Notes: generated by a model from the letters alone, not told the origin. Positions 1-8,776 are shown, counted from the first letter of the stretch. The stretch is 20,000 bases of DNA from an uncultured virus (IMG/VR IMGVR_UViG_3300023173_001364) (IMGVR_UViG_3300023173_001364:53748-73747); one strand, 5' to 3'. Translations and numbers: made by a program.

Positions 1-1880
1 GCTGCACTATTGTCATTATCGCCAAAACCAATTGTATTACGTTCAGCATCACGTGCACCTAAGTTACTAGTCATAATAACAATAGCATTACGAGCACTTA
101 CACTTTTGCCTTCACTGTTAGTAATCATACCATTGTCCATAAGTTGTAACATTACGTTACTAACATCAGGGTGTGCTTTTTCAATTTCGTCCAGTAGTAG
201 GATACAGTTAGGATTTTCTTCAAGTTTGTTGACTAGTAAGCCACCTCCTTGACCACCTTCACCGTATCCTACATACCCTGGGGGAGCACCGATAAGTTTA
301 GCAACTGTGTGACGTTCTTGGTATTCACTCATATCAAAACGTACAAGCGGCATACTCATTGCATCACTTAATTGTTTTGCTGTTTCAGTTTTACCAACAC
401 CTGTAGGGCCTGTAAACAAATAACAGCCGATTGGTTTACTAGGATCTTTCAGTCCAGCTTTAGCAATATAAATGCTATCTGCAAGTCTAGTAATAGCTTC
501 GTCTTGACCAAATACTTTCTTTTTAACAACTGCCTCAATGTCTACAGGCTTCTCCTGTTTGTACTCACTGTCTTTTGTAAGTACTAGCTGGTCTACAGGA
601 ATACGTGTCATCTTAGCAACTTCATAACGAATATCATCTAAGTCTAGTACACTTTTACGCATCTCTGCTGGCTGTAACCGCTGACGTGCAGCCGCTGCAT
701 CCAATACATCAAATGCCTTGTCTGGCAAGTGTTTGTTGTGCCAGTATTGATGTGTCAAGTCTACTGCACCATGTAGTGCTTCTTTTGTATATGCTAGTTC
801 GTGGAATAGTTCATACACTGGAATACTTGCTTCGATAATTCTCTTAGCATCTGCAGGGCTTGGTTCTGGAACATCGACTTTATAAAAGCGACGATTAAGT
901 GCTTTATCTTTTTCAAAGTGTTCTCTGTATTCTTCGTATGTTGTCGAACCAATACAACGTAAGTTACCTTTTTGCAGTGCTGGCTTCAACAAGTTAGCAA
1001 CATCCATTGCACCTTGTCCTGCGCTACCTGCACCCATAATCATGTGAATTTCGTCGATAAACAAGATAGCATCATCACGCTTTTCTAAAATGTTTAATAC
1101 ATCTTTAAGACGTTCTTCAAAGTCACCTCTAAACTTAGTGCCTGCAAGTAGTGCACCAATATCTAAACTATAAATTGTATTGTCTTTAATAACTTCTGGA
1201 ACTCTGTCTTCGTTAATTAAATGTGCTAAACCTTCTGCAATAGCAGTTTTACCAACGCCTGATTCACCTACAAGTATAACATTGTTCTTTTTACGACGAG
1301 CAATAGTTTGTACTAGTTTTTCTAGTTCATCTTCACGTCCGATCATAGGATCAATAATGCCATCTGCCGCTTGTTCGTTTAAATTGTCGCAGAACTTACG
1401 CAGCATACGTTCTGCTTTGGCAGGTTTTGTTTTTGACTCATCCATATCTTGTTCTTGCACTGCAGGGTTCTGAATAAATTGTACTAATTGTTCTCTGCTA
1501 ATATCAAACTGTTTTAACAAATGCACGGCTGCACTTGTATCTTCTGTTAATATACTAATTAACAAATCTTTAGCATTGATATTTTGTCTGCCGTTGAACA
1601 ATGCTTGTGTGAATGCACGATTAAACACACGCTCTAACATTTGCGTCTTTTTAGGATCTTGTACTTCTGGTAATGGTGTTACTTCTTTTTCTAAGTACTG
1701 ATAAATTAATGCTTTTAACTGTGCAGGCTCTTTGCCCAAGTCATATAATATATCTTCAATTTCTTCTTGTTCTAGCAAAATTGCAAGTAGATGTTCTAGT
1801 GTAACATATTCGTGTTTATACTCACGAGTAAGTTGATATACACGCTCTACTATGTGTTCTATTCTATCATTTTGCGACAT
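1..1880 (-). CDS. clpA: ATP-dependent Clp protease ATP-binding subunit ClpA (3' end runs off the window)
   Basis: Absent from the ORF track because it is open at the edge. Manual translation from ATG 1880 (RBS AGAGGA): MSQNDRIEH..HEYVTLEHLL (N-domain), GESGVGKT (Walker A1), FIDEIH (Walker B1), GPTGVGKT (Walker A2), RFDMSEY..LIGAPPGYVG, LLLDEIEKAH, and a ClpP-docking IGF loop (RNTIGFG). No ClpB middle coiled-coil. Confidence 0.93.
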   Translation of the reverse strand, partial: MSQNDRIEHIVERVYQLTREYKHEYVTLEHLLAILLEQEEIEDILYDLGKEPAQLKALIYQYLEKEVTPLPEVQDPKKTQMLERVFNRAFTQALFNGRQNINAKDLLISILTEDTSAAVHLLKQFDISREQLVQFIQNPAVQEQDMDESKTKPAKAERMLRKFCDNLNEQAADGIIDPMIGREDELEKLVQTIARRKKNNVILVGESGVGKTAIAEGLAHLINEDRVPEVIKDNTIYSLDIGALLAGTKFRGDFEERLKDVLNILEKRDDAILFIDEIHMIMGAGSAGQGAMDVANLLKPALQKGNLRCIGSTTYEEYREHFEKDKALNRRFYKVDVPEPSPADAKRIIEASIPVYELFHELAYTKEALHGAVDLTHQYWHNKHLPDKAFDVLDAAAARQRLQPAEMRKSVLDLDDIRYEVAKMTRIPVDQLVLTKDSEYKQEKPVDIEAVVKKKVFGQDEAITRLADSIYIAKAGLKDPSKPIGCYLFTGPTGVGKTETAKQLSDAMSMPLVRFDMSEYQERHTVAKLIGAPPGYVGYGEGGQGGGLLVNKLEENPNCILLLDEIEKAHPDVSNVMLQLMDNGMITNSEGKSVSARNAIVIMTSNLGARDAERNTIGFGDNDNSA

Positions 1881-1902
1881 TTAAGTTCCTCTGTTTTTTA
1901 AT

Positions 1903-1931
1903 AATATAGTAATTTATTATACTAATGTCAA
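1903..1931 (-). promoter_or_regulatory. sigma70-type promoter for clpA
   Basis: TTGACA (1931-1926), 17-nt spacer, TATATT (1908-1903). Confidence 0.75.
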
Positions 1932-1937
1932 GGTAAA

Positions 1938-2732
1938 CTACGGTAAATCCTGTAATTTTGTTTGTAAATCTGTCTCTGTAAGTGCTGGTATGTGTACGTT
2001 AATTTCTACGAAAAGGTCACCGTTTGGTTTTTTATTTCTAGGCAAGCCGCCTTCTGGTATACGCAGCCTCGTCTTTGATTGCGTTCCTGGCCTAATATTT
2101 AATTTTAGATTACGTCCGTCTAAAGTGTCTATTATCTTTTCCGTTCCTATCATTGCTTCTCGTATACTAATATTTAACCTTTTTACTAGGTTATGTTCTT
2201 CAACTGTAAACTGTGGATGTGGTTTTACTTGAAATGTAACAAACAAAGATCCAGCAGGCACATCTGGTATAGTATTTTCACCATACTGCGCATACCTAAC
2301 TTCTGCACCATCTGTTACGCCTGGAGGCAGTGTAATAGTAACTTGTCTGCCGTGTCCATTGCGAAACTTTAAGTCTAGTATTTTTTTAGATTGATGTATA
2401 ATATCTTCTAGTGATACTGGTACTGTGATTCTAGTATCTGCATTTCGTCTGGGTCGTTGTCTAAACTGTGATCCAAACTGTTGTGCAAAAATATCTTCGA
2501 AACCTTCAAATGGATTTCTGCTATTAAAATTAAATCCATTGGGTGCTTGCTGTTGTTGATCAGGACCACCGTTTTTTATAATATCATATGCTTCGTTTAC
2601 CTGCTTGAATTTAGTTTCATCTCCGCCTGGTCTATCGGGATGATGTTGTTTTGCTAAACGTCTATATGCTTGTTTGATTTCATCGTCGCTTGATGCTCTA
2701 GTAACACCAAGGACTGCCCAAGGATCATTCAT
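1938..2732 (-). CDS. dnaJ: DnaJ/CbpA-like class B J-domain co-chaperone
   Basis: N-terminal J-domain (DPWAVLGV..IKQAYRRLAKQHHPDR with HPD), G/F-rich linker and C-terminal DnaJ_C domain (PGTQ..LRIPEGG..GDLFV). No CxxCxGxG zinc finger. Confidence 0.92.
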   Translation of the reverse strand: MNDPWAVLGVTRASSDDEIKQAYRRLAKQHHPDRPGGDETKFKQVNEAYDIIKNGGPDQQQQAPNGFNFNSRNPFEGFEDIFAQQFGSQFRQRPRRNADTRITVPVSLEDIIHQSKKILDLKFRNGHGRQVTITLPPGVTDGAEVRYAQYGENTIPDVPAGSLFVTFQVKPHPQFTVEEHNLVKRLNISIREAMIGTEKIIDTLDGRNLKLNIRPGTQSKTRLRIPEGGLPRNKKPNGDLFVEINVHIPALTETDLQTKLQDLP

Positions 2733-3144
2733 TTACTGATTTGTTATGTTCGTCGATTGCACGTTCTGCAGACTTGTAGTAGTTTTCATATGCTGCAATG
2801 ATTGCTTGTTGTTGCTGTACCATAGCACGTATGTCACTAAAATTTAACCCCAAGTTACCGTAGCCTTCACCTGTTAGTGCATATACTGCAAATGCACCAT
2901 CGCTGGCTTTTAGTCTAGCAATTACTGCTTCTACGTTACCTTCGTTAATTACGACCCATTCTACATCACGCATACGCAGTTGATCTACTGGCGGTAGTGT
3001 TAAGTTAGGTTTTTGAATTGGTTCTGCTTTAATAATTACAGGCGGTTCGACAACAGGCTGACTATTGCCCAGACACCCGCTCAGGGTCATTACCAGGCCA
3101 AAGCCAAGGGCACTCTTTATTAAAAGCGATTTCGTTTTCTGCAT
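2725..3144 (-). CDS. outer-membrane lipoprotein, putative o-spanin (Rz1-like)
   Basis: Signal peptide with lipobox LSGC followed by a Pro-rich segment (QPVVEPPV..KPNLTLPP). Overlaps the 3' end of the upstream coiled-coil membrane gene. Confidence 0.7.
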   Translation of the reverse strand: MQKTKSLLIKSALGFGLVMTLSGCLGNSQPVVEPPVIIKAEPIQKPNLTLPPVDQLRMRDVEWVVINEGNVEAVIARLKASDGAFAVYALTGEGYGNLGLNFSDIRAMVQQQQAIIAAYENYYKSAERAIDEHNKSVNE

Positions 3145-3547
3145 TTAATTCTTCCTCAGTTAACGGGCTTCCACTTAGAATCTCAAAACATCTGCCAGCA
3201 TTTTCTGTACCTCTGTTTACTGCACGTTCAATACCTTCTGCATTTGCAATAGCGGCTGCTTCTAAATCAATCTTTTCTAGTTTATCTGCTAGTCTACGAT
3301 TCTGATTTCTAATAGCAGTATATGCTTCTTGTAATGCTGCATTTTCTGCTGCGGCTGCTTCAAAGTCTTTTTGTAATTGCTCCATTGTTTCTTGTTGTGT
3401 AGCAATTGCTTGTTCTAGGTTTGCTTGATTTGCTTTTAGTGTAGCATTGTTTTCTTGTAGTATTTTCATACGTTCTTGGCTGTCATTGTAATACCAATAT
3501 CCAATGCCGCCCATCATAAGAATAACAACTAATAATACTTTGCTCAT
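3062..3547 (-). CDS. putative i-spanin (Rz-like)
   Basis: Single N-terminal TM helix (VLLVVILMMGGIGYWYY), long Q/E/A-rich coiled coil and two C-terminal Cys. Paired with the lipoprotein gene. Confidence 0.7.
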   Translation of the reverse strand: MSKVLLVVILMMGGIGYWYYNDSQERMKILQENNATLKANQANLEQAIATQQETMEQLQKDFEAAAAENAALQEAYTAIRNQNRRLADKLEKIDLEAAAIANAEGIERAVNRGTENAGRCFEILSGSPLTEEELNAENEIAFNKECPWLWPGNDPERVSGQ

Positions 3548-3765
3548 TACTTGTGCCTAAAAACTATACGACCTTTATCTAAATCGTACGGAGTCATCTC
3601 CACATCTACACGATCGTCTTGCAATATATTAATGTTAAATCTTCTTATCTTACCACTAATAGTTGCAATTATTTGATGACCGTTTTCTAGTTCAACTTTG
3701 AATAGTGCATTAGGAAGGCAATTAATTACTTTGCCTTGAAATACTAATACGTCTTCTTTTGCCAT
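3547..3765 (-). CDS. infA: translation initiation factor IF-1
   Basis: 72 aa: [58 protein letters not shown], the classic IF-1 sequence. Confidence 0.96.
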   Translation of the reverse strand: MAKEDVLVFQGKVINCLPNALFKVELENGHQIIATISGKIRRFNINILQDDRVDVEMTPYDLDKGRIVFRHK

Positions 3766-4238
3766 TACAGCCCCGCTAGTTCCTTTACTCTTGATAGCGA
3801 TTCGTTTGTTTCTTCGTTATTTGTATAACGTAACACATACTCTTCCGAATTGTCAAGAACTGTTTCAGCTAAATTTTCGGCTGTAAGATCCGCACTGTCT
3901 GTACCTTTATAGTAACTGTATTTCCATTCTGTAATTGAAGTTGCTTGACTTGCAACTTTTACAATATTCATAATGTTTTCATATAAGTTTCCGTCACGCT
4001 CAAACTCAACAAATACCATATACTTGCCATCACCGTTTGGACCGTCTGATACATCTACGTCTAAACTTTCAGTAACATCTGTTTCAATCAAGTTACTTAA
4101 ATCTTTTGCTGGCTGTTCGAACGCAACTTCAAATGCTACAACTACAGTTTCGTTTGCTTCACCAATTTTAGGTTTGTATTGGTCAATACTAATTGTAGGA
4201 GTCACTAAGTTTGTCATTTCGCCGTATTTTACTGTCAT
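3765..4238 (-). CDS. hypothetical phage protein ending in RVKELAGL motif
   Basis: 157-aa acidic ORF with TAATG coupling to infA. Confidence 0.8.
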   Translation of the reverse strand: MTVKYGEMTNLVTPTISIDQYKPKIGEANETVVVAFEVAFEQPAKDLSNLIETDVTESLDVDVSDGPNGDGKYMVFVEFERDGNLYENIMNIVKVASQATSITEWKYSYYKGTDSADLTAENLAETVLDNSEEYVLRYTNNEETNESLSRVKELAGL

Positions 4239-4586
4239 TTACTTGTCCTCTGGAGCCATTTGCTTAATTTGTTGATAGGCTTTCTTAACTGTGCTCAGTC
4301 CTGATACGTTTCCGTAAGCTGATACTGATTTCCACAATTCATTTAATGCACTGTATTTTTCTGGTTCAATACCTGCATTATCCATGTCTTGCATAAGACC
4401 ACCTAAGATTTCAATTTGTTCGTCTGTAACTTCGCCTTCGTATTCTTTGGCAGTGTTAAACATATCCATGAGTGCTTCTAGTGCATTTTTTCTAACCGTA
4501 CCTTGATCATACATGTCATCTGGGTCAAAGTTTACTTTGCGTTCCTCTATACCAGCTAATTTTTTAATTCTATTTAAATCTGTCAT
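4239..4586 (-). CDS. hypothetical phage protein beginning with RIKKLAGI motif
   Basis: 115-aa ORF abutting both neighbours. Confidence 0.75.
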   Translation of the reverse strand: MTDLNRIKKLAGIEERKVNFDPDDMYDQGTVRKNALEALMDMFNTAKEYEGEVTDEQIEILGGLMQDMDNAGIEPEKYSALNELWKSVSAYGNVSGLSTVKKAYQQIKQMAPEDK

Positions 4587-5125
4587 TCTATATCATCCAT
4601 AACATCTGTTTTATCTGGTGCAATTTCGTTATCATAATCGCTATCATATGCACTGTCAACATCGCTCATATCGATGTCAATGCCGTTAATTGTAACTTTC
4701 GAGCTTTCAAATTCATCAACAAAATCACGTGGCATTTCGATAGTTACCAACCAAACTTTGGTTTTCTTTTTCTTAGGTTTACGTTTGCCTGTTTTAGGAT
4801 CAGGATCACCTAAGTCTTCTGGCTTAGTAATTTTAACTGGTTCAATCAATTCATCACGTTTATAAAATACTCTTGCACCGTGTTTAATTAGTCTTAGTGC
4901 TGCATCAGGATCTGGCATTAGTCGTTCCGGATACATCAGTGTTACTGTAATCCAATAGCGTGATACATCAGGACCAGCAATTACTTCACCGTATTCCCAA
5001 TTTTTGTATGCATACATGTGCAAACTATCTAATACTTCTTCAAACTCAAGCAGAACACTCAAGTCACTGCTCGAATCGATTAGTTTATCTAATGTGTTTT
5101 TTAATTGTTCAATTTCTGTACTCAT
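4583..5125 (-). CDS. hypothetical phage protein
   Basis: 180-aa ORF, ATGA overlap with the next gene, first gene of the leftward unit, preceded by TAAATA. Confidence 0.8.
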   Translation of the reverse strand: MSTEIEQLKNTLDKLIDSSSDLSVLLEFEEVLDSLHMYAYKNWEYGEVIAGPDVSRYWITVTLMYPERLMPDPDAALRLIKHGARVFYKRDELIEPVKITKPEDLGDPDPKTGKRKPKKKKTKVWLVTIEMPRDFVDEFESSKVTINGIDIDMSDVDSAYDSDYDNEIAPDKTDVMDDIE

Positions 5126-5133
5126 CTTACTAC

Positions 5134-5156
5134 TATTTAGTTCTTTTTAATAAATA
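5134..5156. promoter_or_regulatory. divergent pair of late-promoter-like TAAATA motifs
   Basis: CTAAATA on minus (core 5139-5134) and ATAAATA on plus (core 5151-5156) in the divergent intergenic gap. Resembles the T4 late promoter TATAAATA. Confidence 0.5.
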
Positions 5157-5202
5157 CTTTTGTAGACACATTGGGCGCAATCAACAAACAATGGAGTACT
5201 AC

Positions 5203-5916
5203 ATGGCCAAAAGAGCGAGAAAACAAAATAGCAGGAATTCATTCAACGATATGGTAGTAGAATTACAAACCTATCGTAAAAAGAAAATAACTATTTTACC
5301 ACGCAATGTACATCAGGAAGATTACATTGACTTATTAACTGATCCTCAAAAATCTATTGTATTTGCAACTGGACCAGCAGGCACGGGTAAAACTATGCTG
5401 GCAGTCCAAATGGGTATACAAAAGTATGATAGTGGTGAAATTAATAAAATAGTTGTCACGAGACCTGCTGTTAGCGTAGACGAACAACACGGATTCTTAC
5501 CAGGTGATCTTAAAGATAAAATGGCACCCTGGACTAGACCTATCTTTGATGTTTTAGAAGAACATTGGACACCACAGCAAGTAGAACGTATGATTGAAAA
5601 TAAAGAAATCGAAATTGCTCCACTTGCTTATATGCGTGGTAGAACATTTAAGGAGTGCTGGATAGTTGCAGATGAAATGCAAAACGCTACACCAGAGCAA
5701 ATGAAAATGTTACTAACACGTATTGGTACAGGATCTAAAATAGTTGTTACAGGAGACTTAGCACAACATGATAGAGGATACCAAAATAATGGTTTAAAAG
5801 ATTTTACCGAACGTTTAACCACTAATCACCACACCATCGGGTGTGTACATTTTACAAAACAGGACGTCGAACGACACCCTGCTGTAGTTGATGTTTTAAA
5901 TATTTACGGCGAGTAA
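5203..5916 (+). CDS. phoH: PhoH-family ATPase
   Basis: GPAGTGKT Walker A, RPAV, GFLPGDL, IAPLAYMRGRTF, DEMQN, GDLAQHD, RHP motifs. Start placed at ATG 5203 (GGAG RBS at 5193-5196) rather than 4960. Confidence 0.95.
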   Translation: MAKRARKQNSRNSFNDMVVELQTYRKKKITILPRNVHQEDYIDLLTDPQKSIVFATGPAGTGKTMLAVQMGIQKYDSGEINKIVVTRPAVSVDEQHGFLPGDLKDKMAPWTRPIFDVLEEHWTPQQVERMIENKEIEIAPLAYMRGRTFKECWIVADEMQNATPEQMKMLLTRIGTGSKIVVTGDLAQHDRGYQNNGLKDFTERLTTNHHTIGCVHFTKQDVERHPAVVDVLNIYGE

Positions 5917-6489
5917 CTAAGACTTAATAATAGTATTATAAATTTGCGCCCAATTGTCTACTTGTGTTACACCGTCGTATTCAAAATTGGCATTGTGCTG
6001 GTGCCGCACAAGGATTGACTTTAACCCTAAGTCCGCACCGAGTCTTGCGTTTTCTGGCTTATCTTCCAACCACCACATTCCGCTATCTTTGTAAGGAGCA
6101 AGTGCTTCATCTTTGTCAGCACCAGTATCCAAACAAGTCACAAAGTCAAATACATCACCGAAATGTTTAATTAAGTTTTCTTTACGTAGTTGTCCAGCAT
6201 AAGGATCCAAGCTCAAGCTAGTAATAGCACCAAACCGATAACCAGCATCTGCTAGCATTTGGACACCTTCTACTGCATCCCGTAAAGGATTCAAACAACA
6301 CATCCAAGCACTGTTGTTGTATTCACGTACTAGCTCTTTTACATGCTCTTTACGCTGATTGTAAACAACATGCATATCGTAACTAGCAATAGCATTCCGA
6401 ACAAAGCCCTTGGACTCCATCCAATCATGAAAGCCAGTTTCCCAATCAAGCATTACGCCGTCAATATCAGTGAGGATTAATTTTGTCAT
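5917..6489 (-). CDS. HAD-superfamily phosphatase, 5'(3')-deoxyribonucleotidase-like
   Basis: Motif I LTDIDGVM, motif II ITS, K and EDKPEN motif IV. Confidence 0.8.
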   Translation of the reverse strand: MTKLILTDIDGVMLDWETGFHDWMESKGFVRNAIASYDMHVVYNQRKEHVKELVREYNNSAWMCCLNPLRDAVEGVQMLADAGYRFGAITSLSLDPYAGQLRKENLIKHFGDVFDFVTCLDTGADKDEALAPYKDSGMWWLEDKPENARLGADLGLKSILVRHQHNANFEYDGVTQVDNWAQIYNTIIKS

Positions 6490-6509
6490 TTTTATCTTTC
6501 TTTTCTCAA

Positions 6510-6549
6510 CTTACATATATAATATAAGGCATCTTGGTACAAATGTCAA
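6510..6549 (-). promoter_or_regulatory. early promoter cassette P1
   Basis: TTGACA (6549-6544)-N17-TATATT (6526-6521)-ATATATGTAAG. Spacer contains CCAAGATG. Confidence 0.85.
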
Positions 6550-6872
6550 GAGCTTTTTTCATCTTTTTTGCATTGCTCTCCTATAAGTGTAATAATTGCA
6601 TCTTCGAGTGTATTCACTTCTTCTTTAAGACATTCGATTTCTTTAACTTGTTTTGTACTAGTGAATGCCCAAACAAGAGCAATAACCCATGCAATAAAAC
6701 TCCATCCTAAAAATACGTTTAGGATAAAGATAGCCAATGTATTATAGTGTCCACGATTCCATGCAACAAACGCTGGAAGAAAGTAAAGCATTACAAGCAT
6801 TAAAACTAAAACAAAAATACCAACAATTGTTGCGTACGGAGTTAATGCTAACATTGTCAATTGGTCTAACAT
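6546..6872 (-). CDS. superinfection immunity protein (T4 Imm-like)
   Basis: LYFLPAFVAWNRGHYNTLAIFILNVFLGWSFIAWVIALVWA matches the Imm family signature (YFLP..A..R.H....I...N.FLGW....W..AL.WA). Confidence 0.85.
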   Translation of the reverse strand: MLDQLTMLALTPYATIVGIFVLVLMLVMLYFLPAFVAWNRGHYNTLAIFILNVFLGWSFIAWVIALVWAFTSTKQVKEIECLKEEVNTLEDAIITLIGEQCKKDEKSS

Positions 6873-6880
6873 ATTCTTTC

Positions 6881-6930
6881 CTTTTCTCTGTCTACACTTA
6901 TAATATAGTGTAAGATGTCTTGGATGTCAA
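6881..6930 (-). promoter_or_regulatory. early promoter cassette P2
   Basis: TTGACA (6930-6925)-N17-TATATT (6907-6902). The 27 bp at 6881-6907 are identical to 9161-9187. Confidence 0.85.
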
Positions 6931-7130
6931 GAGCCTTCCATCATTTTTTTACACTGTAGAATAATCTTTTTTTCTGTATCAGTATAATGTTCCCACCGTT
7001 TACTAAATGGAGTATCCATCTCAGTTAGTTCTTCACCGAGGTAACTCAGCATGTTGGCCAAGGCATAATTATCTCCTGTTTTATAAGTTAGATCCATCAT
7101 ATAACGACCAAGTGCAGGTGCTGTTACCAT
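6927..7130 (-). CDS. hypothetical protein
   Basis: 67-aa ORF overlapping the upstream gene. Its TGA stop lies inside the TTGACA of P2. Confidence 0.65.
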   Translation of the reverse strand: MVTAPALGRYMMDLTYKTGDNYALANMLSYLGEELTEMDTPFSKRWEHYTDTEKKIILQCKKMMEGS

Positions 7131-7414
7131 GTTTGTGCTTCCACTTCTTTAAATTGTAAATCATGACGGCCCATAGTGCCAACTAGTGCATGGTGCTCGC
7201 CTTCGTCGATTGCGTAAATCATTGCACTGCGAATTCTATTAGGTTCTTGCAGTGTAATTTTGCTGTATGCTACAGCCATTTCTAAGTTATCAAAACTCTG
7301 ATACACACGACTGCTTTTGCCTGGTTGAAACATAACAACGTTGTACGCAACAGCGTTCGAACGAATTGTATGTTCCCAAGCATCCATAGGTTTTAGTTCA
7401 CCACGTTTAGCCAT
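7124..7414 (-). CDS. hypothetical protein
   Basis: 96-aa ORF, TAATG-coupled to the upstream gene. Confidence 0.75.
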   Translation of the reverse strand: MAKRGELKPMDAWEHTIRSNAVAYNVVMFQPGKSSRVYQSFDNLEMAVAYSKITLQEPNRIRSAMIYAIDEGEHHALVGTMGRHDLQFKEVEAQTW

Positions 7415-7650
7415 TATACATCCATTTCAAGTTGAGTGTTCATTAGTTCTACAGGCTGTTCAGCAATAACTTTTTCAACAGCTTCGTCCCACGCTTCGTA
7501 GTACGCTTCGTCGTCTTTAAAAAACTTGTTTACTCCGCTCATATAGCAATCCGAATCAACAAAGTTCCAGTTGATAGAACCATCATAGTCAATGTTCTCT
7601 GGGTTAGCTGCTGCTTCACGAACTTGTGCTTCTACTAGTGAGTAAATCAT
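7414..7650 (-). CDS. hypothetical acidic early protein
   Basis: 78-aa ORF with AGAGG RBS, directly behind promoter P3. Confidence 0.8.
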   Translation of the reverse strand: MIYSLVEAQVREAAANPENIDYDGSINWNFVDSDCYMSGVNKFFKDDEAYYEAWDEAVEKVIAEQPVELMNTQLEMDV

Positions 7651-7667
7651 TGTGTACCTCTTTATTG

Positions 7668-7726
7668 CTTACATATATAATATAAGCATGATGTCTTGGT
7701 TTGTCAAGTCTTTTTTTAAAAAAAGA
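7668..7726 (-). promoter_or_regulatory. early promoter cassette P3 with upstream palindrome
   Basis: TTGACA (7707-7702)-N17-TATATT (7684-7679). Perfect 18-bp palindrome TCTTTTTTTAAAAAAAGA at 7709-7726. Confidence 0.85.
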
Positions 7727-7728
7727 TG

Positions 7729-7926
7729 TCAAATTCCTAAAATTCTTTCAACTTTTTCTTGGAGACCTTTATGAGGATTTTTTTGCAAATGATCCGCAAC
7801 TTGCTCAAAGTAAAATGCACTATCATCATCACCGTTTGCAGTGAGTTTGTTTGCACTAGTTTGAAAAAAATCAATAAGCTCTTTGATGCCTACACGACCG
7901 TCTGTGGGTGCTTTAGTTTTCATCAT
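7729..7926 (-). CDS. hypothetical protein
   Basis: 65-aa ORF overlapping the MazG-like gene. Confidence 0.65.
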   Translation of the reverse strand: MMKTKAPTDGRVGIKELIDFFQTSANKLTANGDDDSAFYFEQVADHLQKNPHKGLQEKVERILGI

Positions 7927-8221
7927 TGATCAATGTACTCCATTTTTTAAGTTTGTTACGTTTTACATCTGCACGATCGTACAGTTCTTTCCAATCAAAT
8001 AAATTGTGTTCACTTAATAGTTCTAACATACACAATACATCGCCGGCTTCTTCAACTAATAATTCACGGAACTTATCGCTTTCAATGCCTTCGAGTGAAT
8101 TATACTTTCGCATAATCTTCATACAGACTTGTGTAAGTTCACCACATTCTTCTGCAGTAATTGCCATTAATTGTTGGATATCATTTATCGGTGAGTTCAG
8201 GTGTATGTTGCTGGTCATCAT
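7913..8221 (-). CDS. MazG-like nucleotide pyrophosphohydrolase
   Basis: ITAEECGELTQ..LVEEAGDVL EExxE/EExxD metal-binding motifs. Start uncertain (ATG cluster 8218-8224; ORF open to 8248). Confidence 0.75.
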   Translation of the reverse strand: MMTSNIHLNSPINDIQQLMAITAEECGELTQVCMKIMRKYNSLEGIESDKFRELLVEEAGDVLCMLELLSEHNLFDWKELYDRADVKRNKLKKWSTLINDEN

Positions 8222-8333
8222 CATCTTCCACAAATTGTTCATCTTCAATCATCTGAAATGCTCGCTCAAACAGCGGATGATTGTAGTTTTGCAAGATTTC
8301 TGCAATACTAGTATCAAGTTCACTTATCTTCAA
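8181..8333 (-). CDS. small acidic hypothetical protein (50 aa, not in ORF track)
   Basis: GGAGG RBS, TTG start, MKISELDTSIAEILQNYNHPLFERAFQMIEDEQFVEDDDDQQHTPELTDK*. Fills the gap between neighbours. Confidence 0.5.
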   Translation of the reverse strand: MKISELDTSIAEILQNYNHPLFERAFQMIEDEQFVEDDDDQQHTPELTDK

Positions 8334-8568
8334 TCTTGCCTCCAAGTTTTTTAATAATTTGTTTTTCTCTGCGAAGTTCGTGTAAATCTTCTTCTATTTT
8401 ACCGTATGTACTACAATTCTTTAATTTATCTTCTACATACCAATATATTGAATATAAATCTTCTTTGCAGCGCCATGTAACATAACCGTCCATACGAGGA
8501 TCTGATTCAGCCCAAGCGATACGATCTACTTGGGCTTTGATCTCTGCTATGGACCAGTCTTTAATCAT
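8320..8568 (-). CDS. hypothetical protein
   Basis: 82-aa ORF with ATGA overlap. Confidence 0.75.
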   Translation of the reverse strand: MIKDWSIAEIKAQVDRIAWAESDPRMDGYVTWRCKEDLYSIYWYVEDKLKNCSTYGKIEEDLHELRREKQIIKKLGGKIEDK

Positions 8569-8747
8569 ACAGGAACGTTATCGAACATGTCTTCTACATC
8601 AGCTTCAAACTTTGCTGCTTCATGTTCTTTACGAGCAAGCATACGTATAAGTGAATGACGTGCTGCACGTTTTTCATCTGACGCACCTTCTTCCCATGCA
8701 ATTAGGACGTCTTTAAGAGTTTCGATATCTTGAAAAAGTTCTGTCAT
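8565..8747 (-). CDS. hypothetical protein
   Basis: Start moved to ATG 8747 (MTELFQD..) because of an AGAGG RBS and an upstream promoter-like element. Confidence 0.7.
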   Translation of the reverse strand: MTELFQDIETLKDVLIAWEEGASDEKRAARHSLIRMLARKEHEAAKFEADVEDMFDNVPV

Positions 8748-8776
8748 GTTAGCCTCTTGTTGATTGCCATAAATTA

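Noticed and set aside
10..1473. Plus-strand ORFs 10-252, 372-587 and 1180-1473
   Set aside because: Antisense shadows of clpA, which occupies 1-1880 on minus.
1..3765. Bacterial chromosomal origin suggested by clpA, dnaJ and infA
   Set aside because: They are interleaved with spanins, Imm, a gp44-like clamp loader, phage-type promoter arrays and a tail-fibre-like gene, and many short orphan ORFs.
4960..5202. N-terminal extension of PhoH in the ORF track
   Set aside because: Overlaps the opposite-strand gene and the divergent promoter gap. A good RBS supports ATG 5203.
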